Source of the DNA: Escherichia coli
GTDB lineage: Bacteria > Pseudomonadota > Gammaproteobacteria > Enterobacterales > Enterobacteriaceae
Assembly (NCBI RefSeq): GCF_030013595.1
Contig: NZ_CP122768.1
Length of the DNA stretch: 64,000 nt
Strand: one strand, 5' to 3'
Shown here in pieces: positions 10,279 to 21,922 of the stretch. The position numbers and the translations under genes were made by a program. How positions within the stretch are numbered: position 1 is the first letter of the stretch; each line of letters starts with the position of its first letter. The notes beneath the pieces are model-generated. The model made no database searches. It worked only from the letters and a program-made list of their open reading frames with translations, and was not told the origin of the DNA.

Positions 10279-12758
10279 TATGCAAGCCTCACAATATAGT
10301 TAAATGCGATGTTTTTGACGGTGTTTTCCGCGTTACCAGCAGCGTTAACGGTGATGGTGTGTCCATGTGAGCCAATCGCAACAGAGTGCGTATGAGCACC
10401 AATACCGACAGTATGTGCGTGAGCACCTGCAGATGCAGCTGTGCCGCTGACACTATGAGTGTGCGCTCCTGCAGCACTTGTATTCACACTGGCCGCAGAC
10501 ACTACCTTATGTACTGACCCATTTTGTGACCACTGGCTGACTGCTGATGCGCCTGTGACACTATGAGTATGGTTTCCGGCACTTGCGGCTGTACCGCTCA
10601 CACTGTGCGTATGCGCCCCGGTGTTATTCGTGGATTTAGTGCCGTAATCAAACGACGATGTGGTTTTCGTCCCCAAATCCGTACTGGATGCGCTGGCGCT
10701 GTGGGTGTGCGATTTAATGCCGTCCTGTTCCTGAGACAATACGGCCCGACCACTGGCAGGTTTGCCCTTAATCGTCCAGCCACGCATATCAGGGATCACG
10801 CCTGACGGATAAGCGGCTGCAAGTTTCGGGTATGCAGATTTGTCAAAAGTCTGCCCCTGCATCAGGGCATAACCAGACGGAACGGTATCTGATGGCCACG
10901 GGATTGGTGCACCGACTGGGTAGCTTTCTGGTGGAAGATTTTTCGAGGTATAAACTTCTGCCCAGTCTTCCTCAAAACCATAACCGTCTCTTGAAGAACG
11001 GTAGAACAGACCACCATTTCTGTAATGCGCCTTCATCTGCAGGGTCCGGCAACTTCCGACTCCGGTATAGAAGTTAACCAGAATATAGCTGTTGCCTGTC
11101 CGGGTGACATTGTATGCACCAGATTTAGCATTCCACGGAACGCCTCCCTCTGACTCTGCGTGCACACCAGACGATCCAAGAGCAAAAGCAGAGACATCTG
11201 CAGCGGACAGCCTGATGTCTGATTTCAATGCCTTACCATTCACCTTACGACCAGATGGAACCCGGTCATTTGCATTATCATTCACCGCTTTCACCGCCAT
11301 TGGTGTTGCCGCCAGCGATTCACTGTCACTGTCCGTGGCACTGCTGAGCTGTACCACCCCCTTTCTCGTCGTGCTCGCATCCTCTAGCGCCACGGCAGAT
11401 GCAATATCCTCTGCCCGTTTTGCTGCTGTCTCGGCACGCGTTGCTGCAGATTCCGACGTACTTTTGCTCTGAGCTGCCGCTGTCGCACTACCAGCTGCCT
11501 CTGTCGCCTTCGTGGATGCCGTCGTGGCACTGACCTTCGCCTCTGACGCCTGTCTTACCGCCTCATCTTTTGAAGCAGACGCCGATGATGCTGATGACGC
11601 CGCCGAACTGGCGGACGATGCGGCTGCCGTTTCTGAGGCTCCTGCGCGGGTTTCCGACGCTTTCGCATTCGTCTCAGATGTCTTCGCTGCGGAAGCAGAA
11701 CTCGCAGCTGCAGTGGCCTGTTCAGTGGCTTCGCCAGCCTTCGTTGTGGCTGTTGAAGCGGACGATGCAGCGCTTTCTGCCGATTTTCCGGCGGCAGCGG
11801 CACTGGCTACAGCCTCCCCTGCCTTCACTGATGCCTCACGGGCCGATGATGCAGCCGCGGTTTCTGAGCCTGCCGCAGCTGAGGCACTCTGTCCCGCTGC
11901 CGTTTCAGAAGACTTAGCGTTTGTCTCAGACGTCTTTGCCGCCTTCGCGGAATTTCCTGCCGCCGTTGCCGAGGAGGCTGCACTACTGGCACTCGAGGCT
12001 GCGCTCGTTTCTGATGATTTTGCCGCCTCTTTTGAAGCCGACGCATCCCTGGCTGAGGAGGCAGCTTCTGACGCTTTCGTGGTCGCGGTGGATGCAGAGG
12101 TGGCTGCTGATTGTTGTGACGCTGCAGCATTCGTTTCAGACGTTTTCGCGGCACCGGCACTGGTGGCCGCCGCGCTTTTTGAGGACTCTGCAGCGGCAGC
12201 ACTTTTTGAGGCTTCAGTGGCCTTTGTTGATGCCGTTCCTGCGCTGGAAGACGCTGACTGAGCCGACGAAGCGGCCTGTCCGGCTGACGTGCTGGCTGCA
12301 CGTGCTGAATCTGCAGCATCAGTCGCATGGGTTGCCGCCTCACGGGCAGATGTGCTGGCATCACTGGCTGACTTCTTCGCGGCTGCCGTGTTCTGTGCCA
12401 CCACGGACGCGTTACGCGCCACCTCTTCCACCATCAGTTCAAAACGGCGCAGTGCCTCCGGACGGGCATCATCCTCCGTCATGGCACCGAGAAAATCATT
12501 CAGCGTACCGGGTTGAGAATCTTCATACACGGTGATGGTCCCGGCATGCGAAGGCGGAAAACCTTCAACCAGCAGGGTGACACTGTACTGACCGTACTCA
12601 ACGTCCATGCTGTAACGCCCGGCTTCATCCGGATTTTCTGAGGCCAGCGTGTTCACCACCACCGTGGTACTGTTACGTTTTGCTTTCAGCTGGATTGTGC
12701 AGTTCTGTACCGGTTTTCCTGTGCCGTCTTTCAGTACACCTGAAATCTTTACTGCCAT
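10278..12758 (-). CDS. stf: side tail fibre protein Stf
   Basis: Starts [26 protein letters not shown] as lambda Stf; long Ala/Ser-rich shaft; C-terminal ...[31 protein letters not shown]. Confidence 0.88.
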   Translation of the reverse strand: MAVKISGVLKDGTGKPVQNCTIQLKAKRNSTTVVVNTLASENPDEAGRYSMDVEYGQYSVTLLVEGFPPSHAGTITVYEDSQPGTLNDFLGAMTEDDARPEALRRFELMVEEVARNASVVAQNTAAAKKSASDASTSAREAATHATDAADSARAASTSAGQAASSAQSASSSAGTASTKATEASKSAAAAESSKSAAATSAGAAKTSETNAAASQQSAATSASTATTKASEAASSARDASASKEAAKSSETSAASSASSAASSATAAGNSAKAAKTSETNAKSSETAAGQSASAAAGSETAAASSAREASVKAGEAVASAAAAGKSAESAASSASTATTKAGEATEQATAAASSASAAKTSETNAKASETRAGASETAAASSASSAASSASSASASKDEAVRQASEAKVSATTASTKATEAAGSATAAAQSKSTSESAATRAETAAKRAEDIASAVALEDASTTRKGVVQLSSATDSDSESLAATPMAVKAVNDNANDRVPSGRKVNGKALKSDIRLSAADVSAFALGSSGVHAESEGGVPWNAKSGAYNVTRTGNSYILVNFYTGVGSCRTLQMKAHYRNGGLFYRSSRDGYGFEEDWAEVYTSKNLPPESYPVGAPIPWPSDTVPSGYALMQGQTFDKSAYPKLAAAYPSGVIPDMRGWTIKGKPASGRAVLSQEQDGIKSHTHSASASSTDLGTKTTSSFDYGTKSTNNTGAHTHSVSGTAASAGNHTHSVTGASAVSQWSQNGSVHKVVSAASVNTSAAGAHTHSVSGTAASAGAHAHTVGIGAHTHSVAIGSHGHTITVNAAGNAENTVKNIAFNYIVRLA

Positions 12759-12822
12759 ATTCACCCCACAAAAAAGCCCGCCTGAACCGGCGGGCTGTCA
12801 TAACACTGTGTTACCTGGCTAA

Positions 12823-13422
12823 TCAGAATTTATAACCGACACCCACGATGAAACCGTCAGTGCGCCAGTCACCACTGCCGGAGCCTTCATAAGCGACATC
12901 AATGGCCACGGATTCGGTCGGGTTAAACTGCACGCCAGCCCCCCACGCCAGAGACGTGTTGCTGTGGCGACCGTCATCACTTCCGGTCAGCACGTCGTGC
13001 GTTTTCCCCTTGTTATCAGTTACGCGGAGATAATCCCCGGAAAAAGTCGACACACGGCTGTAAGCCACACCCGCCATCGCATACGCGCTTAACCATTCAT
13101 TCACGCGCACAGACGGCCCCGCCATCACGCTGAACCAGCGGTTACGCACGGAATCTTCATGCCAGCGGGTATCGCTGTAACGGGTCAGCTGGCGATTCTT
13201 GTCTCCTGCATAGCTGAATGACGTCACCAGCCCCAGTGTGTCCGTAAACTCATAACGGTATTTCACGTTAATCCCGTTCAGATCATCGCTGCCGGGAACG
13301 TTCGTCGAGGTATAAAGATAGCCCGCGCTCAGCGTGGACTGATGTTCAGACGCCCATGCAGGCGCACAGGATGCGGCCAGACAAATGGCTGCGGACAAAA
13401 TGGCGGCATAAAGTTTACGCAT
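12823..13422 (-). CDS. lom: outer membrane protein Lom (Ail/PagC family)
   Basis: 199-aa ORF MRKLYAAILSAAICLAASCAPAWASEHQSTLSAGY..., signal peptide plus beta-barrel pattern, lambda Lom position. Confidence 0.88.
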   Translation of the reverse strand: MRKLYAAILSAAICLAASCAPAWASEHQSTLSAGYLYTSTNVPGSDDLNGINVKYRYEFTDTLGLVTSFSYAGDKNRQLTRYSDTRWHEDSVRNRWFSVMAGPSVRVNEWLSAYAMAGVAYSRVSTFSGDYLRVTDNKGKTHDVLTGSDDGRHSNTSLAWGAGVQFNPTESVAIDVAYEGSGSGDWRTDGFIVGVGYKF

Positions 13423-13491
13423 AATTACCTCTCGCTTTTCTGCAATAAAAAAGGCACCATTTCTGGTGCCCTTATCTGGGTTATAAATATT

Positions 13492-16400
13492 TCAACGGAT
13501 ACTGATACCGGAAGCCGCTTTTTTGGTCACTATCACCGTACAGTCTGTGATGTTACCTGCACCCTGATTGCCTTTCTGGAAAATCCTGAACTCCAGGGTG
13601 ACGTTCCCACCACCACTCGGCATATCAATAACCGCGCTGTAACTCCCGGGAACTGCCCCTCTGGTTTCTCTGGATGCGATTAAGACACCGTTTTTGCGAA
13701 CTTCAAAACCATAACCCGTGTACCTTGTACCTCCCGGGTTATTACCGCTCCCCGGATTGTCATACGCCACACCGTTAAAAATAATGGGCGGAATAATGAT
13801 TTGACGGTCAAAGTTATGATCATCGCTGATGGTGACGGTAACCGTCCCGTCGGGTGTTTCCGTGTTCCCCCACGTACCAGCCCTTTTCGGGAATGGTCTG
13901 GATACCGCTTTAACGAAGTCCCCCCTGACCTGGTTCGCCTCCAGCATGCCCTTAATCGTACAGTTCTCATTTACCGTGACGTTGTTGAGCGTTCCGGCGT
14001 TCGCGTTCACGTTACCGCTGATATCCGCATTTCTCGCCGTCAGCCGACCGTCAGGTGTCAGGGAAAATGCCGGTGGATATCCACCGCTGGTAATGGTGGG
14101 AGCCGTCAGATATTTCAGGAACACTTCATTCATGAATATCTGATCACCCTGACCAACAAACATCGGCTTTGTGTTGCCATTTGCAGGATTAATCATCGCA
14201 ATCCTGTCTGCCGCCAGCAGCACCTGACTCTGCATGCCGTCGGGGGTGTTCTCAATACCGGCACCGATACCCGCGATATAAAGGCGTCCGTCCTGCATCT
14301 GCTGCAGCTTCACAGCCCACATGCTGTTCAGGTTATTACTTGTATCAACCTGAACCTGCTGTATCTGCTGAATTGCTGCACTCTGGTCTTCCAGTTTCTT
14401 ATTGACGGTCTGTGTGATTTCATTGCTGACATCCGTAATGGACGTCCTGATTTCAGCCAGGTCAGGCGCAAGCTGACCGTTATCAATCTGCGTCCACAGC
14501 TCCTGAGCCAGATGGGTTTTCCCTATCTCGCCTTTGAAAAAATCCAGGTAACCTTCCGCATCATCGCTCGCCCGACCGACGGCCTCCACGAATGCCGATT
14601 TGCCAACGGTGTTCACACTGCGGATATAAAAGTAATAATCATGGCCCGGTTTGATATTGATACTGGCGGCTATCCAGTACAGCCCCGTGCCAAGGTAGCG
14701 GGCTGTGGTTTCAACCTGCCTGATATCGGTAATCCGCGTTTCCGAGAACCAGAACTCAAACTGTACCGTCGGATCATAAACCGCAAGATGCGGCGTGGCA
14801 GTTATCTGAAAATAGCCCGGCGTCAGCTCAATCTGTGACGGCGCTGCCGGTGCGGCAATCCGGAACGATACCGATGCCGGATCGCCCTGCTGTCCCCACG
14901 CATTTACCGCCCGGACTGTCAGCCTGTAGTTCCCCAGCGCCAGTTGCCTGAAGCGGTATGTGGTTTCCGCCGTCCGGGCCGTGCTGACCAGCAGCTCACT
15001 GCCGTCATCCGCTGCCACGGTCAGGCGAAGCAGGAAACTCACGCCCTTCACCACCTTCGGCGTGTCCCAGCGCGCCAGCACCTGATATTCCCCGCTGTCT
15101 GCGGTGACTTCGGCGGTCAGGTGCTGCACCGCTGGCGGCGTGACACCATTCACCGTGCCGCTCTGGTCGCCGTCAAAGTGCGCCCCGTTATCCACGATGG
15201 CCTCTTTTTCCGGTACATGCTGCACGGCGGTGATGGCATACGTGCCGTCGTCGTTCTCACGGATACTCACGCAGCGGAACAGGCGCTGGCGCAGCGTCGG
15301 CAGCTTCAGCCCCCACACGCTGTATTCAGCAACGCCGTCAGGAACACGGCTCACTTTCACCTTCACGCCGTCGGTGACGGACTGAACCTCCACGCTGACC
15401 GGATTGCCACTTCCGTCAACCAGGCTTATCAGCGTGGTACCGGAGGATGGCAGAGTGATTTCACGGTCGAGCGTCAGCGTCCGGGTCTGGCTGTTTACCG
15501 CCAGCACGCGCCCGCCGATGCTGATACCCGCATAGTCATCATCGCAGATTTCAATGACATCCCCCGGTACATGGCGAAGCCCTTCCGCACCCACGCTGAA
15601 GTCCACGGTCTGCGTTTCCAGCAGTTCCGTTTTAATCAGCCACAGCCCGGCGCGGTGCGCCTGCCCCCGGCTGGTACAGCCAAAGGCATCCATCTTCGTG
15701 ACGTTACGACCGTAACGGGCAATGGCCTGCGTATCTTCAACAAGCTCTGTCGCCGTCTCCCAGCCGTTGTTCGGGTCAATCCAGTTCACCTCAACGGCAT
15801 TATGGCGGTCCTTCAGGGCGCTGAAGCTGTAGCGGAACGGCGCGCCATCATCCGGCATCACCACATTACTGCGGTTATAGGTCCACACCTTATCTGATGG
15901 TCGGTCCTGCACGAACGTCAGCGTCTGCCCGTTCCATACCGGCATACAGCGCATCGCCGAGCAGAAATCACTGAGCACATCCCACGCCTTGCGCTGTGTG
16001 GTCAGGTACGCATTACAGGTGATGCGCGGCTCCGTGTCGCCAAAGCCGTCCGGCACCGACTGGTCGCAGTACTGGCCGATGACATACAGCGCCCATTTAT
16101 CTACATCCGCTGCACCAAGACGTTTCCCCATGCCGTAGCGCGGATGGGTCAGCATATCCCACATACACCAGGCCATGTTGTTGCTGTATGCCGGTTTAAA
16201 CGTTCCGTCCCAGATACCGCTGTATTGCCGCGTCTGCGGGTTATAATTCGACGGCACCTGCAGAATACGCCCGCGCAGATGATAATTACGGCTCACCTGC
16301 TGGCTGCCGAACTGCTCCGAGTCCACCTGCACGCCGACCAGTGCCGTGTTCGGGTAGCACTGTTTCACATCGATGATTTCGGTGTATGACGACCAGAGCG

Positions 16401-16989
16401 TTTTGTTCTGCAGCTGGTCTGTGGTGCTGTCCGGCGTCATCCTGCGCATCCGTATATTGAACGGGCGCGGCGGCAGGTTACCCACCACCACCGAGGCCAG
16501 ATACTGCGAGGTGGTTTTGCCCTTAATGGTGATGTCTTTTTCCGTCACCCAGCCACCGTTACGCTGTATCTGAACCAGCAGGCGGACTTCCGACGGATTC
16601 CTGTCCCCCTTTGAGGTGGTTTCCACCAGTGCCTGCACGCCGAAGGTAAAACGCAGTCGGTCAATGTTTGCCGACGTGATGGTCCGGGTGATCGGCGTGT
16701 CGTATTTCACTTCCGTACCCAGCACCGTCTCGGAGCCGGAGGATTCAAATCCCTCCGGCGGTGTCTGCTCCTGCTCACCGGCCCGGAACACCACCGTGAC
16801 GCCGGAGATGTTGGTATTCCCCTCACTGTCCAGCACTGGCGTACTGTTCAGCAGCACGCTTTTTAATCCATCCACCGGACCTTCAACCGGCCCTTCGCTG
16901 ATGGCATCAATCACACTCAGCAGCTGCGTGGATTTCAGGTTGTCCTTCGCTTCGCGCGGGGTATGCCCCTTACTGCTGCCTTTACCCAT
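13492..16989 (-). CDS. J: tail tip host-specificity protein J
   Basis: 1165-aa ORF starting [25 protein letters not shown] as lambda J. Confidence 0.92.
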   Translation of the reverse strand: MGKGSSKGHTPREAKDNLKSTQLLSVIDAISEGPVEGPVDGLKSVLLNSTPVLDSEGNTNISGVTVVFRAGEQEQTPPEGFESSGSETVLGTEVKYDTPITRTITSANIDRLRFTFGVQALVETTSKGDRNPSEVRLLVQIQRNGGWVTEKDITIKGKTTSQYLASVVVGNLPPRPFNIRMRRMTPDSTTDQLQNKTLWSSYTEIIDVKQCYPNTALVGVQVDSEQFGSQQVSRNYHLRGRILQVPSNYNPQTRQYSGIWDGTFKPAYSNNMAWCMWDMLTHPRYGMGKRLGAADVDKWALYVIGQYCDQSVPDGFGDTEPRITCNAYLTTQRKAWDVLSDFCSAMRCMPVWNGQTLTFVQDRPSDKVWTYNRSNVVMPDDGAPFRYSFSALKDRHNAVEVNWIDPNNGWETATELVEDTQAIARYGRNVTKMDAFGCTSRGQAHRAGLWLIKTELLETQTVDFSVGAEGLRHVPGDVIEICDDDYAGISIGGRVLAVNSQTRTLTLDREITLPSSGTTLISLVDGSGNPVSVEVQSVTDGVKVKVSRVPDGVAEYSVWGLKLPTLRQRLFRCVSIRENDDGTYAITAVQHVPEKEAIVDNGAHFDGDQSGTVNGVTPPAVQHLTAEVTADSGEYQVLARWDTPKVVKGVSFLLRLTVAADDGSELLVSTARTAETTYRFRQLALGNYRLTVRAVNAWGQQGDPASVSFRIAAPAAPSQIELTPGYFQITATPHLAVYDPTVQFEFWFSETRITDIRQVETTARYLGTGLYWIAASINIKPGHDYYFYIRSVNTVGKSAFVEAVGRASDDAEGYLDFFKGEIGKTHLAQELWTQIDNGQLAPDLAEIRTSITDVSNEITQTVNKKLEDQSAAIQQIQQVQVDTSNNLNSMWAVKLQQMQDGRLYIAGIGAGIENTPDGMQSQVLLAADRIAMINPANGNTKPMFVGQGDQIFMNEVFLKYLTAPTITSGGYPPAFSLTPDGRLTARNADISGNVNANAGTLNNVTVNENCTIKGMLEANQVRGDFVKAVSRPFPKRAGTWGNTETPDGTVTVTISDDHNFDRQIIIPPIIFNGVAYDNPGSGNNPGGTRYTGYGFEVRKNGVLIASRETRGAVPGSYSAVIDMPSGGGNVTLEFRIFQKGNQGAGNITDCTVIVTKKAASGISIR

Positions 16990-17049
16990 TCGTCATGCTC
17001 CATAAACGATAAAACCGCCCGGAGGCGGTTTCACATAAAACGTTTTTCA

Positions 17050-17691
17050 TCAGCGACCAATCACCACAACCTGACCACCATCACCTTCATCTGCTGTGCT
17101 GATCTCCTGAGATACCACACGTGATCCCACGCGCATTTCACCGTACAGAACGGGCAGAACATTGCCCTGGGCAACCATATTATCCAGTGAAGAAAAATAG
17201 GTGTTCTGTTTGCCGTTATCCGTTGTCTGTGTGCGGGGGGTTTTGGGTTTAGGGGCCAGCATCTGTGCAACACCGCCAAGCGTCATACTGGCACCGAGAG
17301 AAAACAGCAGATTACTCGCCATAATTCCTACCCCCGGCATCCATATAGCAACCGCCATAACAGCCGCCCCCAGCACAGCCTGAAACACACCGCCACTTTT
17401 GGCTCCTGCCAGACGCGGCACGATATGGATCACAGCACCATTTGCCAGCGGTTCATTAAGACGGGCTGATAATTCCGTTTCACCTGTATCACGCCCGGCA
17501 ATGCGTACCTGATACCAGCCGTCGCTCAGCTTCTGACGAAACGCCGGGATCTGCATGGCCAGCGCCCGGATAGCTTCGGCCCCCGTTTTCACACGCAGAT
17601 CGATGCGGCGGACAAATCGTTGTAAATCCCCGTAAAGGCAGATGCGCGCCATGACCGGTGACGCCAGAGGGAGTGTGTGCGTCGCTGCCAT
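17050..17691 (-). CDS. I: tail assembly protein I
   Basis: 213-aa ORF MAATHTLPLASPVMARICLYGDLQRF..., lambda gpI; 5' end overlaps K out of frame. Confidence 0.85.
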   Translation of the reverse strand: MAATHTLPLASPVMARICLYGDLQRFVRRIDLRVKTGAEAIRALAMQIPAFRQKLSDGWYQVRIAGRDTGETELSARLNEPLANGAVIHIVPRLAGAKSGGVFQAVLGAAVMAVAIWMPGVGIMASNLLFSLGASMTLGGVAQMLAPKPKTPRTQTTDNGKQNTYFSSLDNMVAQGNVLPVLYGEMRVGSRVVSQEISTADEGDGGQVVVIGR

Positions 17692-18332
17692 TTGTCGGTA
17701 TACCTCTCTCGTTTGCTCAGTTGTTCAGGAATATGGTGCAGCAGCTCGCCATCACCACAGTAAATGGCGGCATGATTCGGCACCGATGAACCAAAACAGC
17801 ACAGCAGCACATCGCCCGGTTGTGCTGATGACAACGGCACCTGATACAGCCCTGTGGCCTCCAGATTATCCAGATAGAGATTCTGACCGTGACGCCACCA
17901 GTCATCCCCGCGATGAAAATCCGGCATCTCAATCCCCGCCAGATGATAAGCATCCCGGAACAGCGTGTAACAGTCCGTCACCCCGTGCTCAAAGCGCCGC
18001 CCGGTGAGATGCGGCACACAGCGGAACTTGTGAATCGCCCCCCGGCAGACCAGCCACCACGGCAAATCACTCTGCACCTGCAGCCGCCGGTCAGCCTCAC
18101 TCAGCCAGGGCAGACCACCGGGATGACTGTGGACCAGTGCCACAATCTCACCCTGCATCTCTGCCTGCAGCCAGTCCTCCGGAGCCATCCGGAAATAATC
18201 CTCCGGCTCACCGGAAATATTCACGCAGGGAAAATATCTTTCCCCCTCCGGCGCTCTCACCACGAAGCCGCACGACTCCGCTGGCGCACATCGCCGGGCG
18301 TGCGCCAGAATCGCTGATTCTGTCTCTGTCAT
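17589..18332 (-). CDS. K: tail tip assembly protein K (JAB/MPN-NlpC/P60-like)
   Basis: Starts MTETESAILAHARRCAPAESCGF... 4 bp after L stop; 103-bp overlap with I as in lambda; lambda reference uses the internal Met at 18188 (199 aa). Confidence 0.8.
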   Translation of the reverse strand: MTETESAILAHARRCAPAESCGFVVRAPEGERYFPCVNISGEPEDYFRMAPEDWLQAEMQGEIVALVHSHPGGLPWLSEADRRLQVQSDLPWWLVCRGAIHKFRCVPHLTGRRFEHGVTDCYTLFRDAYHLAGIEMPDFHRGDDWWRHGQNLYLDNLEATGLYQVPLSSAQPGDVLLCCFGSSVPNHAAIYCGDGELLHHIPEQLSKRERYTDKWQRRTHSLWRHRSWRASAFTGIYNDLSAASICV

Positions 18333-18336
18333 GGGA

Positions 18337-19035
18337 TTACTGCGAAAGTTTGTTAATGGAAAGGAAGCCGCCAAAGTTGCCGACGTTATTGCGAAACTTA
18401 CAGCCGCTCAGGCATTTGCTGCATTTATCCTTCGTGATATCGGACGTCGGCTGGTCATATTCATCCGCGACTGCCGGACCGTGATAACCGCACTCATCAC
18501 CGCGATAGGTCCAGGTGCAGGTGTTGGCCAGCATGATACGTCCCGGAAAAACAGCGCCATCCGTTTCCGTCGGCGTGGACAGTACAAAGGAGGCACTCAC
18601 CGCGCTCAGTTCGCTGCACTGCTCGATGCGCCAGCGGCTGATCACCTCCTGCTCCGGATCGGCGTCACTGTTTCCGTTGACGAAGTTCACCGCATCCAGA
18701 AAACGGGCGTAAACCTTACGCCGGACCACCGTTCCGCCGACCAGACTCTGCAGATCTTCCGCCATCCCGGTGACCATACCGTACAGGTTAGAAACCGTCA
18801 GCGTGGGGCGCGTACTGGTGCCTTTGCCATTCAGTTCAAAACCACTCCCCTGAATGGGATACGGCTGATACTGTCGCCCCTGCCAGGTGACCGGCACACC
18901 TTTTTCGTTCTGCTCATTACAGAAAAAATAACGTTCTCCACCGACCTCTGTCAGGTCGATTTCCCAGAGCACCACGCTGGCCGACTGCTCCGCACGGGTG
19001 CATTCATTCAGTGTTTCCTGCCGGATATCCTGCAT
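18337..19035 (-). CDS. L: tail tip assembly protein L
   Basis: 232-aa ORF MQDIRQETLNECTRAEQSASVVLWEIDL..., lambda gpL. Confidence 0.9.
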   Translation of the reverse strand: MQDIRQETLNECTRAEQSASVVLWEIDLTEVGGERYFFCNEQNEKGVPVTWQGRQYQPYPIQGSGFELNGKGTSTRPTLTVSNLYGMVTGMAEDLQSLVGGTVVRRKVYARFLDAVNFVNGNSDADPEQEVISRWRIEQCSELSAVSASFVLSTPTETDGAVFPGRIMLANTCTWTYRGDECGYHGPAVADEYDQPTSDITKDKCSKCLSGCKFRNNVGNFGGFLSINKLSQ

Positions 19036-19364
19036 CAGTTCACCACCTGTTCAAACTCTGCGCTGAACTCAACACGCAGCATACTGACCCGCGACGACCA
19101 TTTTGCGCAGGTCACCTTTATCTGCCGCCACTCATAAGGCGGCGTCCACAGAAAGGCTTTCCAGCCCCCGTGCTCTTCCAGAAACGACTCCAGTACCGTG
19201 GCCTCCTCACGGGGGACAGAAAGCGTCACGCTGTACGTTTTCAGGTTGGCATTCAGCCCGGCAGGCGCTCGCTGGGAATAGCCATCACCAAAGCGCACCT
19301 TTCTTACAGAAGGGGCCGAAGCCACATCCATACCGGGTTTCACTTTCCAGCGGAAGGTTTTCAT
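19035..19364 (-). CDS. M: minor tail protein M
   Basis: 109-aa ORF MKTFRWKVKPGMDVASAPSVRKVRFGDGYSQ..., lambda gpM. Confidence 0.9.
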   Translation of the reverse strand: MKTFRWKVKPGMDVASAPSVRKVRFGDGYSQRAPAGLNANLKTYSVTLSVPREEATVLESFLEEHGGWKAFLWTPPYEWRQIKVTCAKWSSRVSMLRVEFSAEFEQVVN

Positions 19365-21922
19365 CGTCCACCTCCGGAGAACAGTCCACCATCACGCATC
19401 TGTGTCTGAATTTCATCACGGGCACCCTTGCGGGCCATGTCATACACCGCCTTCAGAGCAGCCGGACCTATCTGCCCGTTCGTGCCGTCGTTGTTAATCA
19501 CCACATGGTTATTCTGCTCAAACGTCCCGGACGCCTGCGACCGGCTGTCAGCCAGACTGCCCGGTGTACCGACATAACCACCGGTGGCATAGCCGCGCAT
19601 CAGCCGGTAGAGATTCCCCACGCCAATCCGGCTGGTTGCCTCCTTTGTGAAGACAAATTCACCACGGTGAACAATCCCCGCTGGCTCATATTTGCCGCCG
19701 GTTCCCGTAAATCCTCCGGTTGCAAAATGGAATTTCGCCGCAGCGGCCTGAATGGCTGTACCGCCTGACGCGGATGCGCCGCCACCAACAGCCCCGCCAA
19801 TAGCGCTGCCGATACTCCCGACAATCCCCACCATTGCCTGCTTAAGCAGAATTTCTGTCATCATGGACAGCACGGAACGGGTGAAGCTGCGCCAGTTCTG
19901 CTCACTGCCGGTCAGCATCGCCGCCATATTCTGTGCAATACCATCAAAGGTCTGCGTGGCTGCACTTTTTACCTGCGACATACTGTCCGTGGCGCTCTCT
20001 TCCCACTCACTCCAGCCGGACTTCAGGCCTGCCATCCAGCTCCCGCGAAGCTGGTCTTCAGCCGCCCAGGTCTTTTTCTGCTCTGACATGACGTTATTCA
20101 GCGCCAGCGGATTATCGCCATACTGTTCCTTCAGGCGCTGTTCCGTGGCTTCCCGTTCTGCCTGCCGGTCAGTCAGCCCCCGGCTTTTCGCATCAATGGC
20201 GGCCCGTTTTGCCCGTTGCTGCTGTGCGAATTTATCCGCCTGCTGCGCCAGCGCGTTCAGGCGCTCCTGATACGTAACCTTGTCGCCAAGTGCAGCCAGC
20301 TGGAGTTTGTACTCCAGCGTCTCATCTTTATGCGCCAGCAGGGATTTCTCCTGTGCAGACAGCTGGCGACGTTGCGCCGCCTCCTCCAGTACCGCGAACT
20401 GACTCTCCGCCTTCCACAAATCCCGGCGCTGCTGGCTGATTTTCTCATTTGCTCCGGCATGCTTCTCCAGCGTCCGGAGTTCAGCCTGAAGCGTCAGCAG
20501 GGCAGCATGAGCACTGTCTTCCTGACGATCGCCCGCAGACACCTTCACGCCGGACTGTTTCGGCTTTTTCAGCGTCGCTTCATAGTCCTTTTTCGCCGCC
20601 GCCATCAGCGTGTTGTAATCTGCCTGCAGAATTTTCCCGTCCTTCAGTGCCTTGTTCAGTTCTTCCTGACGGGCGGTATATTTCTCCAGCGGCGTCTGCA
20701 GCCGTTCGTAAGCTTTCTGCGCCTCTTCGGTATATTTCAGCCGTGACGCTTCAGTATCGCTCTGCTGCTGCGCATTTTTGTCCTGTTGACTCTGCTGTTC
20801 AGCCTTCTTTCTCGCGGCTTCAAGCGCAAGACGGGCCTTTTCACGATCATCCCAGTAACGCGCCCGCGCTTCATCGTTAACAAAATAATCATCCTTGCGC
20901 AGACTCCAGATGTCGTCCGCTTTCTTAAACGCAGCCTCTGCCTTAATCAGCATCTCCTGAGCGGTATCAGGACGACCAATATCCAGCACCGCATCCCACA
21001 TGGATTTGAATGCCCGCGCTGTCCTGTCTGCCCAGGTCTCCAGCGTACCCATGTTCTCTTTCAGGCGGCGGGTCTGGTCATCAAACCCTTTCGTCGCGGC
21101 CTCGTTCGCCGCCTGCAATGCCCCGGCTTCATCGCCGGAACGCTGCAACTGAGCAACATACGCAATCTGCTCCGCCGTCACGTTATGGAACTGGCGTGCC
21201 ATCGCTGTCAGCCCTGACGTCGGGTCTGTGGTCAGCTTCCCGAAGGCTTCAGCGACCTTGTCCACCTCCACGCCGGATGCAGAGGAGAAACGCGCCACAC
21301 TCTGGCTGATGGATGCAATCTGAGCCTCACCGCTTACTCCCGCCTTAACCAGTGCGCTGAGTGACTCGCTGGTCTGGTTAAACGTCAGCCCTGCCGCCTG
21401 CCCGGCTCTGGACAGGACCAGCATACGATCTGCCGTCAGTCCCGCCTGATTGCCGGAAAGGACCAGCGTTTTGTTGAAATCGGACAAGGTTGAGTTGCCC
21501 TGATACCAGGCATACGCCAGCGCACCGGTCGCCACCGCCAGCGAGGTGGCCCCCACCATCGGCAGGGTGATCGCACCGGCAAGCCCCCTGAACATGGGGA
21601 TCATACCGCCGAAGGAGTCCTTAACCTGACCACCCTGTTGCAGCAGGATCAGCCACGGACTTTGCCCGCCTGCAAGCTGCGTGGCCACGTCGGTGAACTG
21701 TGCAGGCAGCATACGCATGGCGGCTTTATACTGCCCGACGGAAATCCCCGCTTTCTGTGCAGCCAGCGCCTGTCGGCTCAGCGACTGTTCAACGACTGCC
21801 GCTGTTTTTTTCGCATCACTTTCCGTACCGGAAAAATGACGCCTGACTCTGGCCATCTGCTCGTCAAATCTGGCCGCATCCAGACTCAAATCAACGACCA
21901 GATCGCCTACCGGTTCAGCCAT
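19361..21922 (-). CDS. H: tail tape measure protein H
   Basis: 853-aa ORF (same length as lambda H) starting MAEPVGDLVVDLSLDAARFDEQMARVRRHF. Confidence 0.92.
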   Translation of the reverse strand: MAEPVGDLVVDLSLDAARFDEQMARVRRHFSGTESDAKKTAAVVEQSLSRQALAAQKAGISVGQYKAAMRMLPAQFTDVATQLAGGQSPWLILLQQGGQVKDSFGGMIPMFRGLAGAITLPMVGATSLAVATGALAYAWYQGNSTLSDFNKTLVLSGNQAGLTADRMLVLSRAGQAAGLTFNQTSESLSALVKAGVSGEAQIASISQSVARFSSASGVEVDKVAEAFGKLTTDPTSGLTAMARQFHNVTAEQIAYVAQLQRSGDEAGALQAANEAATKGFDDQTRRLKENMGTLETWADRTARAFKSMWDAVLDIGRPDTAQEMLIKAEAAFKKADDIWSLRKDDYFVNDEARARYWDDREKARLALEAARKKAEQQSQQDKNAQQQSDTEASRLKYTEEAQKAYERLQTPLEKYTARQEELNKALKDGKILQADYNTLMAAAKKDYEATLKKPKQSGVKVSAGDRQEDSAHAALLTLQAELRTLEKHAGANEKISQQRRDLWKAESQFAVLEEAAQRRQLSAQEKSLLAHKDETLEYKLQLAALGDKVTYQERLNALAQQADKFAQQQRAKRAAIDAKSRGLTDRQAEREATEQRLKEQYGDNPLALNNVMSEQKKTWAAEDQLRGSWMAGLKSGWSEWEESATDSMSQVKSAATQTFDGIAQNMAAMLTGSEQNWRSFTRSVLSMMTEILLKQAMVGIVGSIGSAIGGAVGGGASASGGTAIQAAAAKFHFATGGFTGTGGKYEPAGIVHRGEFVFTKEATSRIGVGNLYRLMRGYATGGYVGTPGSLADSRSQASGTFEQNNHVVINNDGTNGQIGPAALKAVYDMARKGARDEIQTQMRDGGLFSGGGR

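Noticed and set aside
11512-12261. 249-aa Ala/Asp-rich plus-strand ORF
   Set aside because: Mirror image of the Ala/Ser-rich shaft of the lambda-like stf gene on the opposite strand; low-complexity artefact
13801-15897. Plus-strand ORFs of 345 and 317 aa
   Set aside because: Both antisense to lambda-like J, which is collinear with lambda J along its length
18331-19137. 268-aa plus-strand ORF
   Set aside because: Antisense to the K/L tail-tip genes; no start context or family similarity
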